Notes: generated from the letters alone by a model not told the origin. Shown: positions 19,076-29,989, numbered from the stretch's first letter. The stretch: 64,000 bases of DNA from Candidatus Aminicenantes bacterium (GCA_029938635.1 JAOZUQ010000001.1:14880-78879), one strand, 5' to 3'. Program-made: numbers and translations.

Positions 19076-20267
19076 CCCTCCTGGCCCGGAACGGCAGTTT
19101 CAAGCCGACCATCTCACCTTTACCGGCTTCATCGATATCTTTATGTTCCTGTTGAATTTCATCTGCCGTTACAAAATCAGCAGGTGTTATTTTCCCTGTA
19201 ATAAAGAGCCTGTCCCCTTTTTTCAGAGAATTACTCCGGATCAGGATCTCTGCAACATTTATTTTTTTGTAAAATTTTGTTATCTCTCCGAGATACAATT
19301 TTTCATTTTTATGCTCAAGTTCTCTGCTTGTCCAATTCTCAGGCTCACCATAATAAAACCCGTTTGAAAATCCCCTGTTGTATACGCGGGAAAGATCATC
19401 AAAAAGATCATTCTTGGTTTTTTCATCAAGCTTTCCCTCATAATATAGATCGATCGCTTTTCTGTAAGATGAGACCACAACATTGATATATTCAAGTGAC
19501 CTCATCCTCCCCTCGATCTTGAATGAGTGAATCCCTGCGTCCATTAATTCATCAATAAATAAGATGGTATTCAGATCTTTGGGGCTGAGCAGGTAATCTT
19601 TCCCGACTATGTATTCCGCTTCACCGGAAGAATCTTTTATTTCAAATTCCCTCCTGCATGACTGCCGGCACTCTCCTCTGTTTGCAGATTTTCCCCATGA
19701 ATATGACGAGAGGAAACACCTCCCTGATATACTGATGCACATTGCTCCGTGAACAAAAGTTTCCACTTCGATCCCTGATCCGTCTTTTTCAGACATATCG
19801 ATCACTTCACGGATCTCATCAAGGGTGAGTTCACGGGCCAGTACAGCTCTTTTTACACCGAGTCCTGAATATAGTTTCAGTGATTCAAAGTTAGATATAC
19901 TTGCCTGAGTTGAAATATGAATATTTAATCCTAATTCCTTTGCCAGTGACAAAACTGCCAGATCCCACAAGATCACAGCATCAACACCTGCAGCTACAGC
20001 CTCATTGAGAATCCGCTTCATTTTAGGCAGTTCGGAGTTCATTACAATTACATTAAGAGCAAGATAACCTTTTTTCCCCCTTTCATGCAGGTATTTCATT
20101 ACCTTTTTTATTTCAAGGATGTCGAAGTTCGAAGCACTTGCCCTCATATTAAGCCCCCGGACTCCGAAATAGACACTGTCAGCTCCGCTCTCAACTGCAG
20201 TTACCATTCCACTCCAGTTACCGGCAGGGCACACAAGTTCAGGTTTTCTTATAAGTTTTTCAGACAA
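18999..20267 (-). CDS. Peptidase U32 family protein (collagenase-like / RNA-hydroxylation-associated U32)
   Basis: PELVCPAGNWSGMVTAVESGADSVYFG at the N-terminus, 422 aa, conserved Cys cluster. Confidence 0.8.
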   Translation of the reverse strand: MSEKLIRKPELVCPAGNWSGMVTAVESGADSVYFGVRGLNMRASASNFDILEIKKVMKYLHERGKKGYLALNVIVMNSELPKMKRILNEAVAAGVDAVILWDLAVLSLAKELGLNIHISTQASISNFESLKLYSGLGVKRAVLARELTLDEIREVIDMSEKDGSGIEVETFVHGAMCISISGRCFLSSYSWGKSANRGECRQSCRREFEIKDSSGEAEYIVGKDYLLSPKDLNTILFIDELMDAGIHSFKIEGRMRSLEYINVVVSSYRKAIDLYYEGKLDEKTKNDLFDDLSRVYNRGFSNGFYYGEPENWTSRELEHKNEKLYLGEITKFYKKINVAEILIRSNSLKKGDRLFITGKITPADFVTADEIQQEHKDIDEAGKGEMVGLKLPFRARRGDQVYLWGEKRKKGEGERNGSEDKG

Positions 20268-20467
20268 ATCAGTACTCTCCTTTCTAAATGATTTTATGTG
20301 ATTTCCATATGAGAGTCAATCAGCTTCATCCCCGGATTTAAGAAACTATATATTCAAACTTTTCAAAGAAATAGTAAGATGGGAAAAAGCAAATTTTACA
20401 TTTTTGACATGCCGGGGAAAACAATATTAGTTGAATTCCGTATAAAAAAATAATATTATATATTCAA

Positions 20468-20764
20468 ATGGAGAAACGTCGAGAGGACAGGAACAAGGTC
20501 AGACAGCTTATTAATGTAGCCGACAAGATGGGTGTCCTTAACGACATATCCCCACGAGGAGCCAATGTTTCACTGGCTGTCCTTCCTAAAGAACGGAAAG
20601 TTGACCTCACATTGAAAATAAATGAGAAAGATGTAAAAGTATCAGCAGTCATTATGTGGGTAAAGCAAAAACTCACATATAACGACAAGAACACATTGGG
20701 TTTGGTGGTGATCGATCCACCGAAAGATTTTATTGATTTTTGTGAAGATGTAAAACCAAAGTAA
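20468..20764 (+). CDS. PilZ domain protein (c-di-GMP binding)
   Basis: RREDRNK (RxxxR) followed by NDISPRGANV (D/NxSxxG) within 98 aa. Confidence 0.6.
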   Translation: MEKRREDRNKVRQLINVADKMGVLNDISPRGANVSLAVLPKERKVDLTLKINEKDVKVSAVIMWVKQKLTYNDKNTLGLVVIDPPKDFIDFCEDVKPK

Positions 20765-20772
20765 CAAATCCC

Positions 20773-21828
20773 TTATTGTTTTATATTCTGACCCGATTCG
20801 AGTTCCAGAAGATATTTTTTACGCCAGAGTCCACCACCATACCCGACAAGTTTTCCATCCGAGCCTATCACTCTATGGCATGGAATTATTATGCCGATCG
20901 CGTTATATCCATTCGCCCCTGCAACTGCTCTCACGGATTTCGGGTTCCCGATTGCAACAGCCTGATCCATGTATGACCTGGTCTCTCCATAAGGGATATC
21001 CATCAACACATCCCATACTTTTTTTTGAAATTCAGTTCCTGCTATTGATAACGGTGTTGAAAAATCCCTCCGGTCTCCATTGAAATATTCCTTTAATTCT
21101 TTGTTAAGTCCGGGAAAGAATTTACTTTCACCGGGAACAAGATCTGCCTTAAAATATTTTTTTATCCTCTTTAATTGTGTTTCCAGCATTCTCCGGTCGA
21201 CAAATTCCAGGAGACATATCCCGTTTTCTGCAGCACCTGCAAGCATCGGCCCAAGTGGAGAAAGAATCCTGGTTATAAAAATGATGTTTTTTTCTGAACT
21301 TTTCTTCGGGGAAAATCCTGTAGTTTTTTTAAATGTATCGGTAAAACCACTCAATGAATCATAACCGGAACTAAAAGCTGTATCTATAACTTTTTCACCA
21401 TGCCTGATCCTGCCAAACGCTTCACTTATCCTCATTGTCCTCAGGTATGCCTGAAAGGTCATACCATGATTTTTTTTAAACCACCTTCTTACTCTGTTCG
21501 GATCGACCCCCATCTGACGGAGGTCCCAGTCTTTTATTCTTGCATTCGTTTCTTCCTCTATCTTTTTCATCACCGGCCTTAACCAATCCGGAGATTCCCC
21601 CGCTTGCCCCATCGGGTCACATATTTTGCATGGCCTGTATCCATGCAGGAGTGATTCTTTTGTGGTCCTGAAGAACTCAACATTCTCCTTCTTGGGGGTT
21701 TTTGCTCTGCAGCCGGGACGACAGAAAATACCTGTAGTTTTTACCGCAACAAAAAAGATTCCTTCAAACTCAGAGTTCTTTTCTGCAATAGCTTTGTACA
21801 TAGTGTCAACATCAGGAAGTTCGGCCAT
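20773..21828 (-). CDS. ada: Bifunctional Ada: methylphosphotriester-DNA methyltransferase / AraC-type regulator / O6-methylguanine-DNA methyltransferase
   Basis: N-terminal Ada zinc site (FFVAVKTTGIFCRPGCRAK), a central AraC-type HTH, and a C-terminal MGMT active site (IPCHRVIGSDGKLVGYGGG). Confidence 0.8.
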   Translation of the reverse strand: MAELPDVDTMYKAIAEKNSEFEGIFFVAVKTTGIFCRPGCRAKTPKKENVEFFRTTKESLLHGYRPCKICDPMGQAGESPDWLRPVMKKIEEETNARIKDWDLRQMGVDPNRVRRWFKKNHGMTFQAYLRTMRISEAFGRIRHGEKVIDTAFSSGYDSLSGFTDTFKKTTGFSPKKSSEKNIIFITRILSPLGPMLAGAAENGICLLEFVDRRMLETQLKRIKKYFKADLVPGESKFFPGLNKELKEYFNGDRRDFSTPLSIAGTEFQKKVWDVLMDIPYGETRSYMDQAVAIGNPKSVRAVAGANGYNAIGIIIPCHRVIGSDGKLVGYGGGLWRKKYLLELESGQNIKQ

Positions 21829-21930
21829 TATTTTTTTCTCCTGTATTTATTTCAATTCAAGTATGTAACAACTTTAAAAAAATTAAAACCGGAAACTTAT
21901 CACCTTTATTTTTTTTGAAATTATTTCCAA

Positions 21931-22299
21931 TTGATCTATAATTTTCTTATGAGAAGAATTTCAAGAACAATTATTATAACACTCGTTAGTTTTACGATCT
22001 TCGGTTTAAACCTCAGCGCCGGCCGGATATACTTAACAAAATATAAATCAGACGCAGATGCGAATATATATATAACAAAGTACAAATCCGATGCTCATAT
22101 TGTAGTTTATATTTCAGAATATAAATCTGATGCTTCCGGAAATGAAGCAATATGGTACTACACAAAGTATAAATCTGATGCAGATGCAATGCTGTATGTT
22201 ACCGAATATAAATCCGACTCAGATATAATCGTTTGTTTTTCACAATACAAATCTGATGCCGGATGGAAAAAAGATAACAAATTCCAGGGTGAACTCTAA
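21931..22299 (+). CDS. Small secreted repeat protein with six tandem 'h-h-h-T/S-K/E-YKSDAD' beta-hairpin-like repeats
   Basis: Signal peptide, then repeats IYLTKYKSDADAN / IYITKYKSDAH / IVVYISEYKSDASGNEA / IWYYTKYKSDADAM / LYVTEYKSDSD / IVCFSQYKSDAGW. I recognise no family with confidence. Confidence 0.4.
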   Translation: MIYNFLMRRISRTIIITLVSFTIFGLNLSAGRIYLTKYKSDADANIYITKYKSDAHIVVYISEYKSDASGNEAIWYYTKYKSDADAMLYVTEYKSDSDIIVCFSQYKSDAGWKKDNKFQGEL

Positions 22300-22506
22300 C
22301 CTGAAATACAATTACTAAAAGGGGATAGGCACTATAGCGATAGAGAACTTGGTAATAGGCAAGGGGTAAAGGGTTCTATAGATATGTGAAAATCACCTCT
22401 TACCAATAACCTCAAACCAGAAGAACCGGAACAAATAGAACTTGATAATGATCTGAATATATAATATTATCTGAAGTAGAAATAATACATGTTTGTTGAG
22501 AGGTAA

Positions 22507-24000
22507 ATGATGGAAAATTCCATAGTAGAGATAAAAAGTTCAATACTTTCAGGCCAGCCGATCATTCAGATCATCTCCTTTGAAGAAAAAAGAGTTGAGG
22601 GCCATCTTTCCAAACTTTCCCAGCAGATAACAGGTAGTGAAACCCTTGCTCTATGGGATATGAATAACGGATTGATCATAAACGGAGAAAAGATCGAAGG
22701 GACAACAGATCCGGTTGCGGCTCTGGATCATATTATAAAAGATAGTTCACCCAGATTTTATGTGTTCAGGGACATGACACATTTTTTGAAGAATTCACAG
22801 AATGCAATCAGAAAGTTGAGAGAATCTTATCTTGCTCTCAAAGGTTCAAAAAGAGTCATATTCCTGCTCTCTCCTGAGGAGTATTTTTCAGAAAACCTGA
22901 AGAAAGAGATAGATATATTCAGATTCGAACTTCCTGACTATGCTGAACTGGAGAGTCTTTTCAACAGGTTCATAAATTCTCTGGAAAAATCGGGAAAAAC
23001 CATAGAGCTTTCAAATGAAGAGAGGAGAAATTTCGTAATTGCAGTTCAGGGACTTACATTTGATGAAGCATATAAAGCTTTTATGAAATCTTTTCAGGGC
23101 GCGAATACAATAAATGTATCGTTGCTGGAAAAGATTCACGAGGAGAAAAAGCAACTAATCCTGAAAGAAGGTGTTCTCGAGTATTACTCTCAAAGATTTG
23201 TTATTGGAGATATGGGGGGACTTGATAATCTCAAAGACTGGCTTATGAAAAGAGAAAAAGCATTCTCAAAAGAGGCTAAAACCTATGGACTTGAAAGGCC
23301 TCGTGGATTTCTTGCAATGGGAGTATCGGGTTGCGGAAAGAGCCTCGCAGCAAAGATAACAGCCTCATTATGGAACCTCCCATTATTCAGGCTGGACATG
23401 AACCTTGTTTATTCAGGAATGGCCGGATCACCGGAAATGGTTTTTTCAAGAGCCTTGAAAACCATGGACACTGTTGCTCCTGCAATCTTATGGATCGATG
23501 AGATAGAGAGTGGGATCAGTGACAAGCAGGGTGATAGTGCAAGCTCCAGAATATTGGGATATTTTTTAACCTGGATGCAGGAACATACTTCAGAGATATT
23601 CATTACAGCTACGGCAAACAGGATCGATCTTCTTCCGGCAGAACTATTAAGGAGAGGAAGGTTTGACCAGATATTTTTTATAGACCTCCCAACCAGAAAA
23701 GAGAGGGAGGAGATCTTTACAATTCACCTGAAGAGCAGGGGAAATGATACCGGGAATTTCAATGTCCCTCAATTAGCGCAGATTACCAAAGGCTGGTCAG
23801 GGAGTGAGATTGAACAGGTGATAATATCAGGTATGTATGAAGCATTTAATGAGAACAGACCATTAAGCGAGGATGACTTGTTCGTGATATTCGGAAGCAG
23901 TGTCCCGCTCTCGCTGACCATGGAAGAACAGATAAAAAAAATAAGAAGCTGGGCTCACAACAGAGCTGTAAGAGCCTCTTCAGATAAAGAACTTTACTAG
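22507..24000 (+). CDS. Classical-clade AAA+ ATPase with a ~250-aa N-terminal domain of unknown function
   Basis: Walker A GVSGCGKS, Walker B ILWIDEIE, and the SRH region TATANRIDLLPAELLRRGRFD. Confidence 0.75.
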   Translation: MMENSIVEIKSSILSGQPIIQIISFEEKRVEGHLSKLSQQITGSETLALWDMNNGLIINGEKIEGTTDPVAALDHIIKDSSPRFYVFRDMTHFLKNSQNAIRKLRESYLALKGSKRVIFLLSPEEYFSENLKKEIDIFRFELPDYAELESLFNRFINSLEKSGKTIELSNEERRNFVIAVQGLTFDEAYKAFMKSFQGANTINVSLLEKIHEEKKQLILKEGVLEYYSQRFVIGDMGGLDNLKDWLMKREKAFSKEAKTYGLERPRGFLAMGVSGCGKSLAAKITASLWNLPLFRLDMNLVYSGMAGSPEMVFSRALKTMDTVAPAILWIDEIESGISDKQGDSASSRILGYFLTWMQEHTSEIFITATANRIDLLPAELLRRGRFDQIFFIDLPTRKEREEIFTIHLKSRGNDTGNFNVPQLAQITKGWSGSEIEQVIISGMYEAFNENRPLSEDDLFVIFGSSVPLSLTMEEQIKKIRSWAHNRAVRASSDKELY

Positions 24001-24036
24001 ATCAGTATAAAACTAAAAAAATTTACGAGGTAAAAA

Positions 24037-26592
24037 ATGAGAGACAAGAAAAAAGATAAAGAAATTATCGAATTTTACAAAAAGCATAAAGAAATACGGG
24101 AGAAAAATCTTATACCACCTATCCCGCTCACACCTGAACAGACAGAAGCAGTGTGCAACATGCTTATTTCCGGGAATGAAGAGGATATTAACTGGCTGAA
24201 AGATCTTATTGTTAACCGTGTTTCACCCGGAGTCGACCCATCTGCAAAAGTTAAAGCGGAGTTTCTTGGAAATATAACGAACGGATCGGTTTCTGCAGGC
24301 AATATAAACAAAAAAGAGGCGATCAGGATCCTGGGAACGATGCTGGGCGGTTACAACGTTATCCCTTTGATCAATGCTCTTAAGGTCGATGACCTGGCAG
24401 AAGATGCTTTTAAGGCTCTCAAAGAAGTTATATTGATCTATGATGATTTCAACACTATTAAAGAATTTTCGTCTTCGAACAAATTCGCAAAAAAAGTTCT
24501 GGAGTCATGGGCAGATGGGGAGTGGTTCCTGAACAAACCGGAAATGCCAGAAGAGATAAAAGTAAAGATATATAAGATTGACGGAGAGATAAATACCGAT
24601 GATCTCTCACCTGCAGGAAATGCATTCAGCAGGCCTGACATCCCGCTTCATGCATTATCAATGGGACAGAGCCTGTTTCCGGACGGAATAGAGACAATAA
24701 GAAAATGGAGAGGAGAGGGACATATAGTTGCTTTTGCCGGAGATGTGGTTGGAACAGGATCCTCCAGAAAGTCTGCAACCAACAGCCTCCTCTGGCACAT
24801 CGGAGAGAATATCCCTTTTATCCCGAATAAAAAGAGGGCCGGGATAGTTCTCGGGGGAGTGATAGCACCAATATTTTTCAATACTCTTCAGGATTCCGGA
24901 GCACTTCCCATTATAGTCGATGTCTCAAAATTGTCTAATGGAGATGAAGTCGTAATTAACACAAAAAAAGGGGAAATATATGACTTGTCAGGCAATATTC
25001 TGATTGATTTTAAAATATCACCTTCCACACTTACTGATGAATATCGGGCAGGAGGGAGGATACCTCTGATAATAGGTAAATCTCTGACAGGAAAAACAAG
25101 AAGTGAATCCGGTCTCGGCAATGCAGAGTTTTTCAAAACCGCTATTAACCCGGTACCGGAAAAGGGGCAGAAATATACACTCGCACAAAAGATAATAGGT
25201 AAAGCCTGCGGAGTGGAGGGTATTCTTCCGGGAACTTCCTGTGAACCGCTTATGACTACTGTCGGGTCTCAGGATACGACAGGACCGATGACAGCTGATG
25301 AATTAACAGAACTTGCCTGTTTGAAATTTCAGACACCTCTTTATTTGCAAACATTCTGTCATACCGCCGCATATCCGCGGCAGGCTGATATCCGCACACA
25401 TAAAACCCTTCCGGAATTTACAACGAAAAGGGGCGGAGTATCTCTAAAACCGGGCGATGGAGTGATCCACACCTGGCTTAACAGATTCCTGTTGCCTGAT
25501 ACCGCAGGTACCGGAGGCGATTCGCATACCCGGTTCCCCCTTGGCATATCATTCCCGGCAGGATCAGGCCTTGTTGCATTTGCCGGAGCGCTCGGATTCA
25601 TGCCGCTTGACATGCCTGAATCTGTGTTAGTAAAGTTCAAAGGAAAAATGAATGAAGGGATAACTCTAAGGGATGTTGTTAATTCGATCCCGTATTTTGC
25701 AATCAAAAAAGGACTTTTGACAGTCCCTAAAAAGAACAAAAAAAATATTTTCAACGGCAAGATCATTGAGATCGAAGGATTGACAGACATTACAGTTGAG
25801 CAGGCTTTTGAATTGATGGATGCAACGGCTGAGAGGAGTGCCGCGGCAGGTACTATCAAGCTTTCAGAAGAGAAGGTCGAAGAATATCTTAGATCGAATG
25901 CTGCACTTCTGAACCGGATGATAGAGGATGGCTATAGTGACCCGGAAACTATCAGAACAAGGATCAATGAAATAGAGAAGTGGCTTAAGAAACCGGAACT
26001 GATGTCTGCAGATGAGGGTAGCAAATACTCAGCTGTACTCGAGATCGATCTCTCCGAAATAGCGGAACCAATTGTAAACTGCCCTAACGATCCGGACGAT
26101 GTAAAACTGCTTTCCGAGGTGTCCGGGACTAAGATAGCGGATGTTTTTCTGGGATCATGTATGACAAATATAGGCCATTTCAGAGCCGCCGGTAAAATAT
26201 GGGAGGGCGAAAAAAGAAATCCCAATGTAAGGGTCTATATCGTTCCCCCCACCCGTATGGATCAGGATAAATTAAAAAGTGAAGGATATTTCTCCATGTT
26301 TAATACGACCGGGTCCAGAATAGAAGTGCCGGGTTGCTCAATATGTATGGGTAACCAGCTTCGGGTTCCGGACAAAGCAATAGTATTCTCAACATCAACC
26401 AGGAATTTTGACAACAGAATGGGTAACGGAGCACAGGTGTATCTGGGCTCTGCTGAGCTCGGTGCAATAGTTGCACTAAAAGGGGAATTACCTACACCCG
26501 CTGAATACTTGAAAACCATAAAGGAAAAAATAGCCCCGTCAGAAGACGAAATATATAACTACCTCCAATTCGACAAGGAATATTCCGGTTAA
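24037..26592 (+). CDS. acnB: Aconitate hydratase B / 2-methylisocitrate dehydratase
   Basis: 851 aa. The N-terminal HEAT-like AcnB domain (LTPEQTEAVCNMLISG...VNRVSPGVDPSAKVKAEFLGNI) and the aconitase catalytic and swivel domains are present. Confidence 0.85.
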   Translation: MRDKKKDKEIIEFYKKHKEIREKNLIPPIPLTPEQTEAVCNMLISGNEEDINWLKDLIVNRVSPGVDPSAKVKAEFLGNITNGSVSAGNINKKEAIRILGTMLGGYNVIPLINALKVDDLAEDAFKALKEVILIYDDFNTIKEFSSSNKFAKKVLESWADGEWFLNKPEMPEEIKVKIYKIDGEINTDDLSPAGNAFSRPDIPLHALSMGQSLFPDGIETIRKWRGEGHIVAFAGDVVGTGSSRKSATNSLLWHIGENIPFIPNKKRAGIVLGGVIAPIFFNTLQDSGALPIIVDVSKLSNGDEVVINTKKGEIYDLSGNILIDFKISPSTLTDEYRAGGRIPLIIGKSLTGKTRSESGLGNAEFFKTAINPVPEKGQKYTLAQKIIGKACGVEGILPGTSCEPLMTTVGSQDTTGPMTADELTELACLKFQTPLYLQTFCHTAAYPRQADIRTHKTLPEFTTKRGGVSLKPGDGVIHTWLNRFLLPDTAGTGGDSHTRFPLGISFPAGSGLVAFAGALGFMPLDMPESVLVKFKGKMNEGITLRDVVNSIPYFAIKKGLLTVPKKNKKNIFNGKIIEIEGLTDITVEQAFELMDATAERSAAAGTIKLSEEKVEEYLRSNAALLNRMIEDGYSDPETIRTRINEIEKWLKKPELMSADEGSKYSAVLEIDLSEIAEPIVNCPNDPDDVKLLSEVSGTKIADVFLGSCMTNIGHFRAAGKIWEGEKRNPNVRVYIVPPTRMDQDKLKSEGYFSMFNTTGSRIEVPGCSICMGNQLRVPDKAIVFSTSTRNFDNRMGNGAQVYLGSAELGAIVALKGELPTPAEYLKTIKEKIAPSEDEIYNYLQFDKEYSG

Positions 26593-26594
26593 AT

Positions 26595-28652
26595 TTATTT
26601 AAGTCTTTCTGCCACAAGTGCTTCAAGCTTTTTTTCGTCGGCAAGGAAAGGTATTGTCAAATGCCCTTTGCCCTGATTGTTCTTATTCCACTCTTCCGCA
26701 GTTTCGAGAGCGTTATCATTTCTTGCCCATGCTCTTCTTGCCACTCCATTCATCACATCCCATTCCATAGCAGATCTTATTATTTTGTCTTTAAGTTCAC
26801 TACCGTCAAGAACAAGTCCGAATCCGCCGTTAAAAGCTTTTCCGATACCGACTCCTCCTCCGTTTGAGAGGACAACCATTGACATCCCTCTGACAGCATC
26901 TCCGGCAAAATTCTGAACAGCCATGTCTGCAGTGATATTGCTTCCATCCTTTATATTTGATGTTTCTCTGTATGGGGAGTCTGTTCCTGAAACATCATGA
27001 TGGTCCCGCCCTATCATAACCGGGCCGATCTCTCCACTCCTGACCATTTCATTGAATTTCAAGGCAATATCGACACGCCCTCCGGCATCTGCATAAAGTA
27101 TTCTCGCCTGAGTTCCTACCACCAGTGCATTTTTCTCAGCATCCCTGATCCATTGATAATTATCCCTGTCCATGCCACGTCTTTCAGGATCGATCTGAGA
27201 CATTGCCGCAGCATCTGTTTTTTTAAGATCTTCCTTTTCACCGGACAAACATACCCACCTGAACGGTCCATATCCATAGTCAAAACACATTGGGCCCATG
27301 ATATGTTCAACATAACTCGGAAAGACAAATCCGGCAGAAGGATCAGAAGGGTCAATAGCTACTTCTTTAAGCCCGGCATCAAAAACAGCCTTTAGAAATG
27401 AATTGCCGTAATCCCAGAAATAAGTCCCTTGTTCTGTCAGATCAGTGATCACTTTGAAATGCTTCAGCAATGATCTATCCACTTCTTTTCGAAACTTGTC
27501 CGGATCTTCCGTAAGCAATTTTCTCCCCTGCTCAAAAGTATAACCTGCCGGTGTGTAACCCCCGCCATATGCATCGTGGCATGATGTCTGATCTGAAAGT
27601 AATTCTATTTTTATCTTATTGGCAGCAAAATATTCAAGCATATCAACAATATTCCCGTGAAAAGCAATAGAGACAGGTTTCCCGGACTCTCTGTATTCAT
27701 TGATCCATCCAACGATCTCACCGGGATCTCCCGAAACCTTCGAAACCCATCCCTGCTCATGTCTGGTTTCTATTCTGGATCGATCTACCTCGGCAATAAC
27801 ACCTATACCACCGGCAATCTCGACAGCCTTCGGCTGAGCGCCACTCATCCCGCCAAGACCGGAACTGACAAACACAACACCACTCAGGTCTTTGTCATCG
27901 GGAATCCCGAGATATAGTCTTCCTGCATTCAGAAGAGTTATGTAAGTCCCATGGACAATGCCCTGCGGCCCGATATACATCCAGCCGCCGGCAGTCATCT
28001 GACCATAATTAGAAACACCCAGAGCTGCAGCTTTTACAAAACCCTCAAGATTATCATATTCACCGACAAGCATTCCGTTAGTGGAAATGACCCGTGGTGC
28101 ATTTATGGAGGTTGGGAAAAGCCCCAGAGGATGTCCCGAATAAATAATAAGCGTCTGGTCTTCTCTCATTTCCTCAAGATACTTTTTTACCAGGCAATAC
28201 TGCATCCAGTTCTGAAAAACCTGACCACTCTCCCCATAGGTAACAAGTTCGTAAGGGTAAAGGGCAACCTTGAAATCCAGGTTGTTATCTATCATCACCT
28301 GAAAAGCTTTCCCTTCAATGGTTTTCCCCTTATATGAGTCAACAGGTCTTCCTGATAATTCTTCTCCCGGCCGATATCTGTATCCGTATATTCTTCCGGT
28401 GGTGATCAATTCTTCCAGAAACTCCGGAATGATTTCATCATGGAGGTGATCCGGAATATAACGCAAAGCGTTTTTCATTGCAGTTACAATTTCATTTTGA
28501 TTAAGATTCAGCCCGCGATTTGGAGCTCTTCTTATCCCCTCCCTGAACTTATTTTCACTTGGAAAAATATCGGGTAATTTAAAAGATATTGCTTCCTTTA
28601 GGTCCATTTTTCCTCCAGGTGCAACTATATTCAAATCGACGGTACTTGTCAA
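26595..28652 (-). CDS. hutU: Urocanate hydratase (long form)
   Basis: SSGLGGMSGAQPKA NAD-binding motif typical of urocanase, 685 aa. Confidence 0.8.
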   Translation of the reverse strand: MTSTVDLNIVAPGGKMDLKEAISFKLPDIFPSENKFREGIRRAPNRGLNLNQNEIVTAMKNALRYIPDHLHDEIIPEFLEELITTGRIYGYRYRPGEELSGRPVDSYKGKTIEGKAFQVMIDNNLDFKVALYPYELVTYGESGQVFQNWMQYCLVKKYLEEMREDQTLIIYSGHPLGLFPTSINAPRVISTNGMLVGEYDNLEGFVKAAALGVSNYGQMTAGGWMYIGPQGIVHGTYITLLNAGRLYLGIPDDKDLSGVVFVSSGLGGMSGAQPKAVEIAGGIGVIAEVDRSRIETRHEQGWVSKVSGDPGEIVGWINEYRESGKPVSIAFHGNIVDMLEYFAANKIKIELLSDQTSCHDAYGGGYTPAGYTFEQGRKLLTEDPDKFRKEVDRSLLKHFKVITDLTEQGTYFWDYGNSFLKAVFDAGLKEVAIDPSDPSAGFVFPSYVEHIMGPMCFDYGYGPFRWVCLSGEKEDLKKTDAAAMSQIDPERRGMDRDNYQWIRDAEKNALVVGTQARILYADAGGRVDIALKFNEMVRSGEIGPVMIGRDHHDVSGTDSPYRETSNIKDGSNITADMAVQNFAGDAVRGMSMVVLSNGGGVGIGKAFNGGFGLVLDGSELKDKIIRSAMEWDVMNGVARRAWARNDNALETAEEWNKNNQGKGHLTIPFLADEKKLEALVAERLK

Positions 28653-28729
28653 GATTACTATTCACAAGAATCCTTTACCAAATTTCACAGATATCGTATA
28701 ATTAGATCCACGATCTACCGGAGGGAAAA

Positions 28730-29989
28730 ATGAAAATATTAGTAATAGGTTCCGGCGGGAGAGAACACGCTCTTACCTGGAAGATTTCTCACTCAAAAAG
28801 AGTTGAAAAAATATATGCTCTGCCAGGAAACAGCGGGATCGGAGAGTTAGCCGAAATAGTAGATATCGATGCTTCTAATATTATCGAGATCGCAGATTTT
28901 GTACAAAAGGAAGGGATCCATCTTACAGTGGTCGGGCCTGAACTTCCTCTATCCCTTGGAATTGTAGATGAGTTTAACAGAAGAAACCTGAAAATATTCG
29001 GGCCAACCCAGAAAGCAGCCCAGATAGAAACCTCAAAAGTATTTGCAAAAGAATTCATGAAGAAGAACAACATACCCACTTCAGGCTTTAAAGTATTCAA
29101 CTCAGCAATGGAAGCTGTAAATCATCTTAAGTCTGTAGAGTTTCCGGTAGTAATAAAAACTGATGGCCTTGCCGGAGGGAAAGGGGTCTTTATATGCAAA
29201 GACATCAAGGAAGCAGAAGAAAGCGTGAGGACGATCCTGCTTGAAAGCAAGTTCGGAAAAGCAGGAGAACAAATAGTAATTGAAGATTTCCTTAAAGGCG
29301 AGGAACTCTCCTTCATAGTAATATCTGATGGAAAGAGAGCCCTCCCCATGGCCACATCGATGGACTATAAAAAAGCACTTGAAAATGATGAAGGCCCCAA
29401 TACCGGAGGTATGGGAGCAATATCTCCATCTCCAATAATTTCAGAAAAACTATTTAATGAAATAATGAAAACAATAATAAACCCCACCATTGAGGGGATG
29501 AGGTTCGAGGGGAAAGAGTTCAGAGGTGTTCTTTACGCCGGATTGATGATCACTCCATCCGGACCCATAACACTGGAGTTCAATGCAAGATTCGGAGACC
29601 CGGAAACACAAGCATTAATGTTGAGACTACAAAGCGATATTATTGATATTTTTGAGGGATCTGTCGAAGGGAGCCTTTTTGATGTTGAAACTAAATGGGA
29701 CGATAATGTCTCTGGCTGTGTTGTCCTCACTTCCGATGGATATCCGGGCAATTATGAGACCGGAAAAGAAATTGACGGGCTAAAGAGGGCAAAAGCATCC
29801 GCATCCGAGATATTCCACGCCGGAACAAAGTTCGAAAACAATAAACATTTTACTTCCGGAGGGCGTGTCCTTAACGTTTGTTCGAAAGGAAAGACCATGA
29901 AAGATGCGATGGAGCAGATTTATGATTCAATACAATTTATCAAGTTTGACAATATGTTTTGTCGTAAAGATATCGGAGGTGTGAAATAA
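28730..29989 (+). CDS. purD: Phosphoribosylamine--glycine ligase
   Basis: MKILVIGSGGREHALTWKI with an ATP-grasp fold, 419 aa. Confidence 0.9.
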   Translation: MKILVIGSGGREHALTWKISHSKRVEKIYALPGNSGIGELAEIVDIDASNIIEIADFVQKEGIHLTVVGPELPLSLGIVDEFNRRNLKIFGPTQKAAQIETSKVFAKEFMKKNNIPTSGFKVFNSAMEAVNHLKSVEFPVVIKTDGLAGGKGVFICKDIKEAEESVRTILLESKFGKAGEQIVIEDFLKGEELSFIVISDGKRALPMATSMDYKKALENDEGPNTGGMGAISPSPIISEKLFNEIMKTIINPTIEGMRFEGKEFRGVLYAGLMITPSGPITLEFNARFGDPETQALMLRLQSDIIDIFEGSVEGSLFDVETKWDDNVSGCVVLTSDGYPGNYETGKEIDGLKRAKASASEIFHAGTKFENNKHFTSGGRVLNVCSKGKTMKDAMEQIYDSIQFIKFDNMFCRKDIGGVK

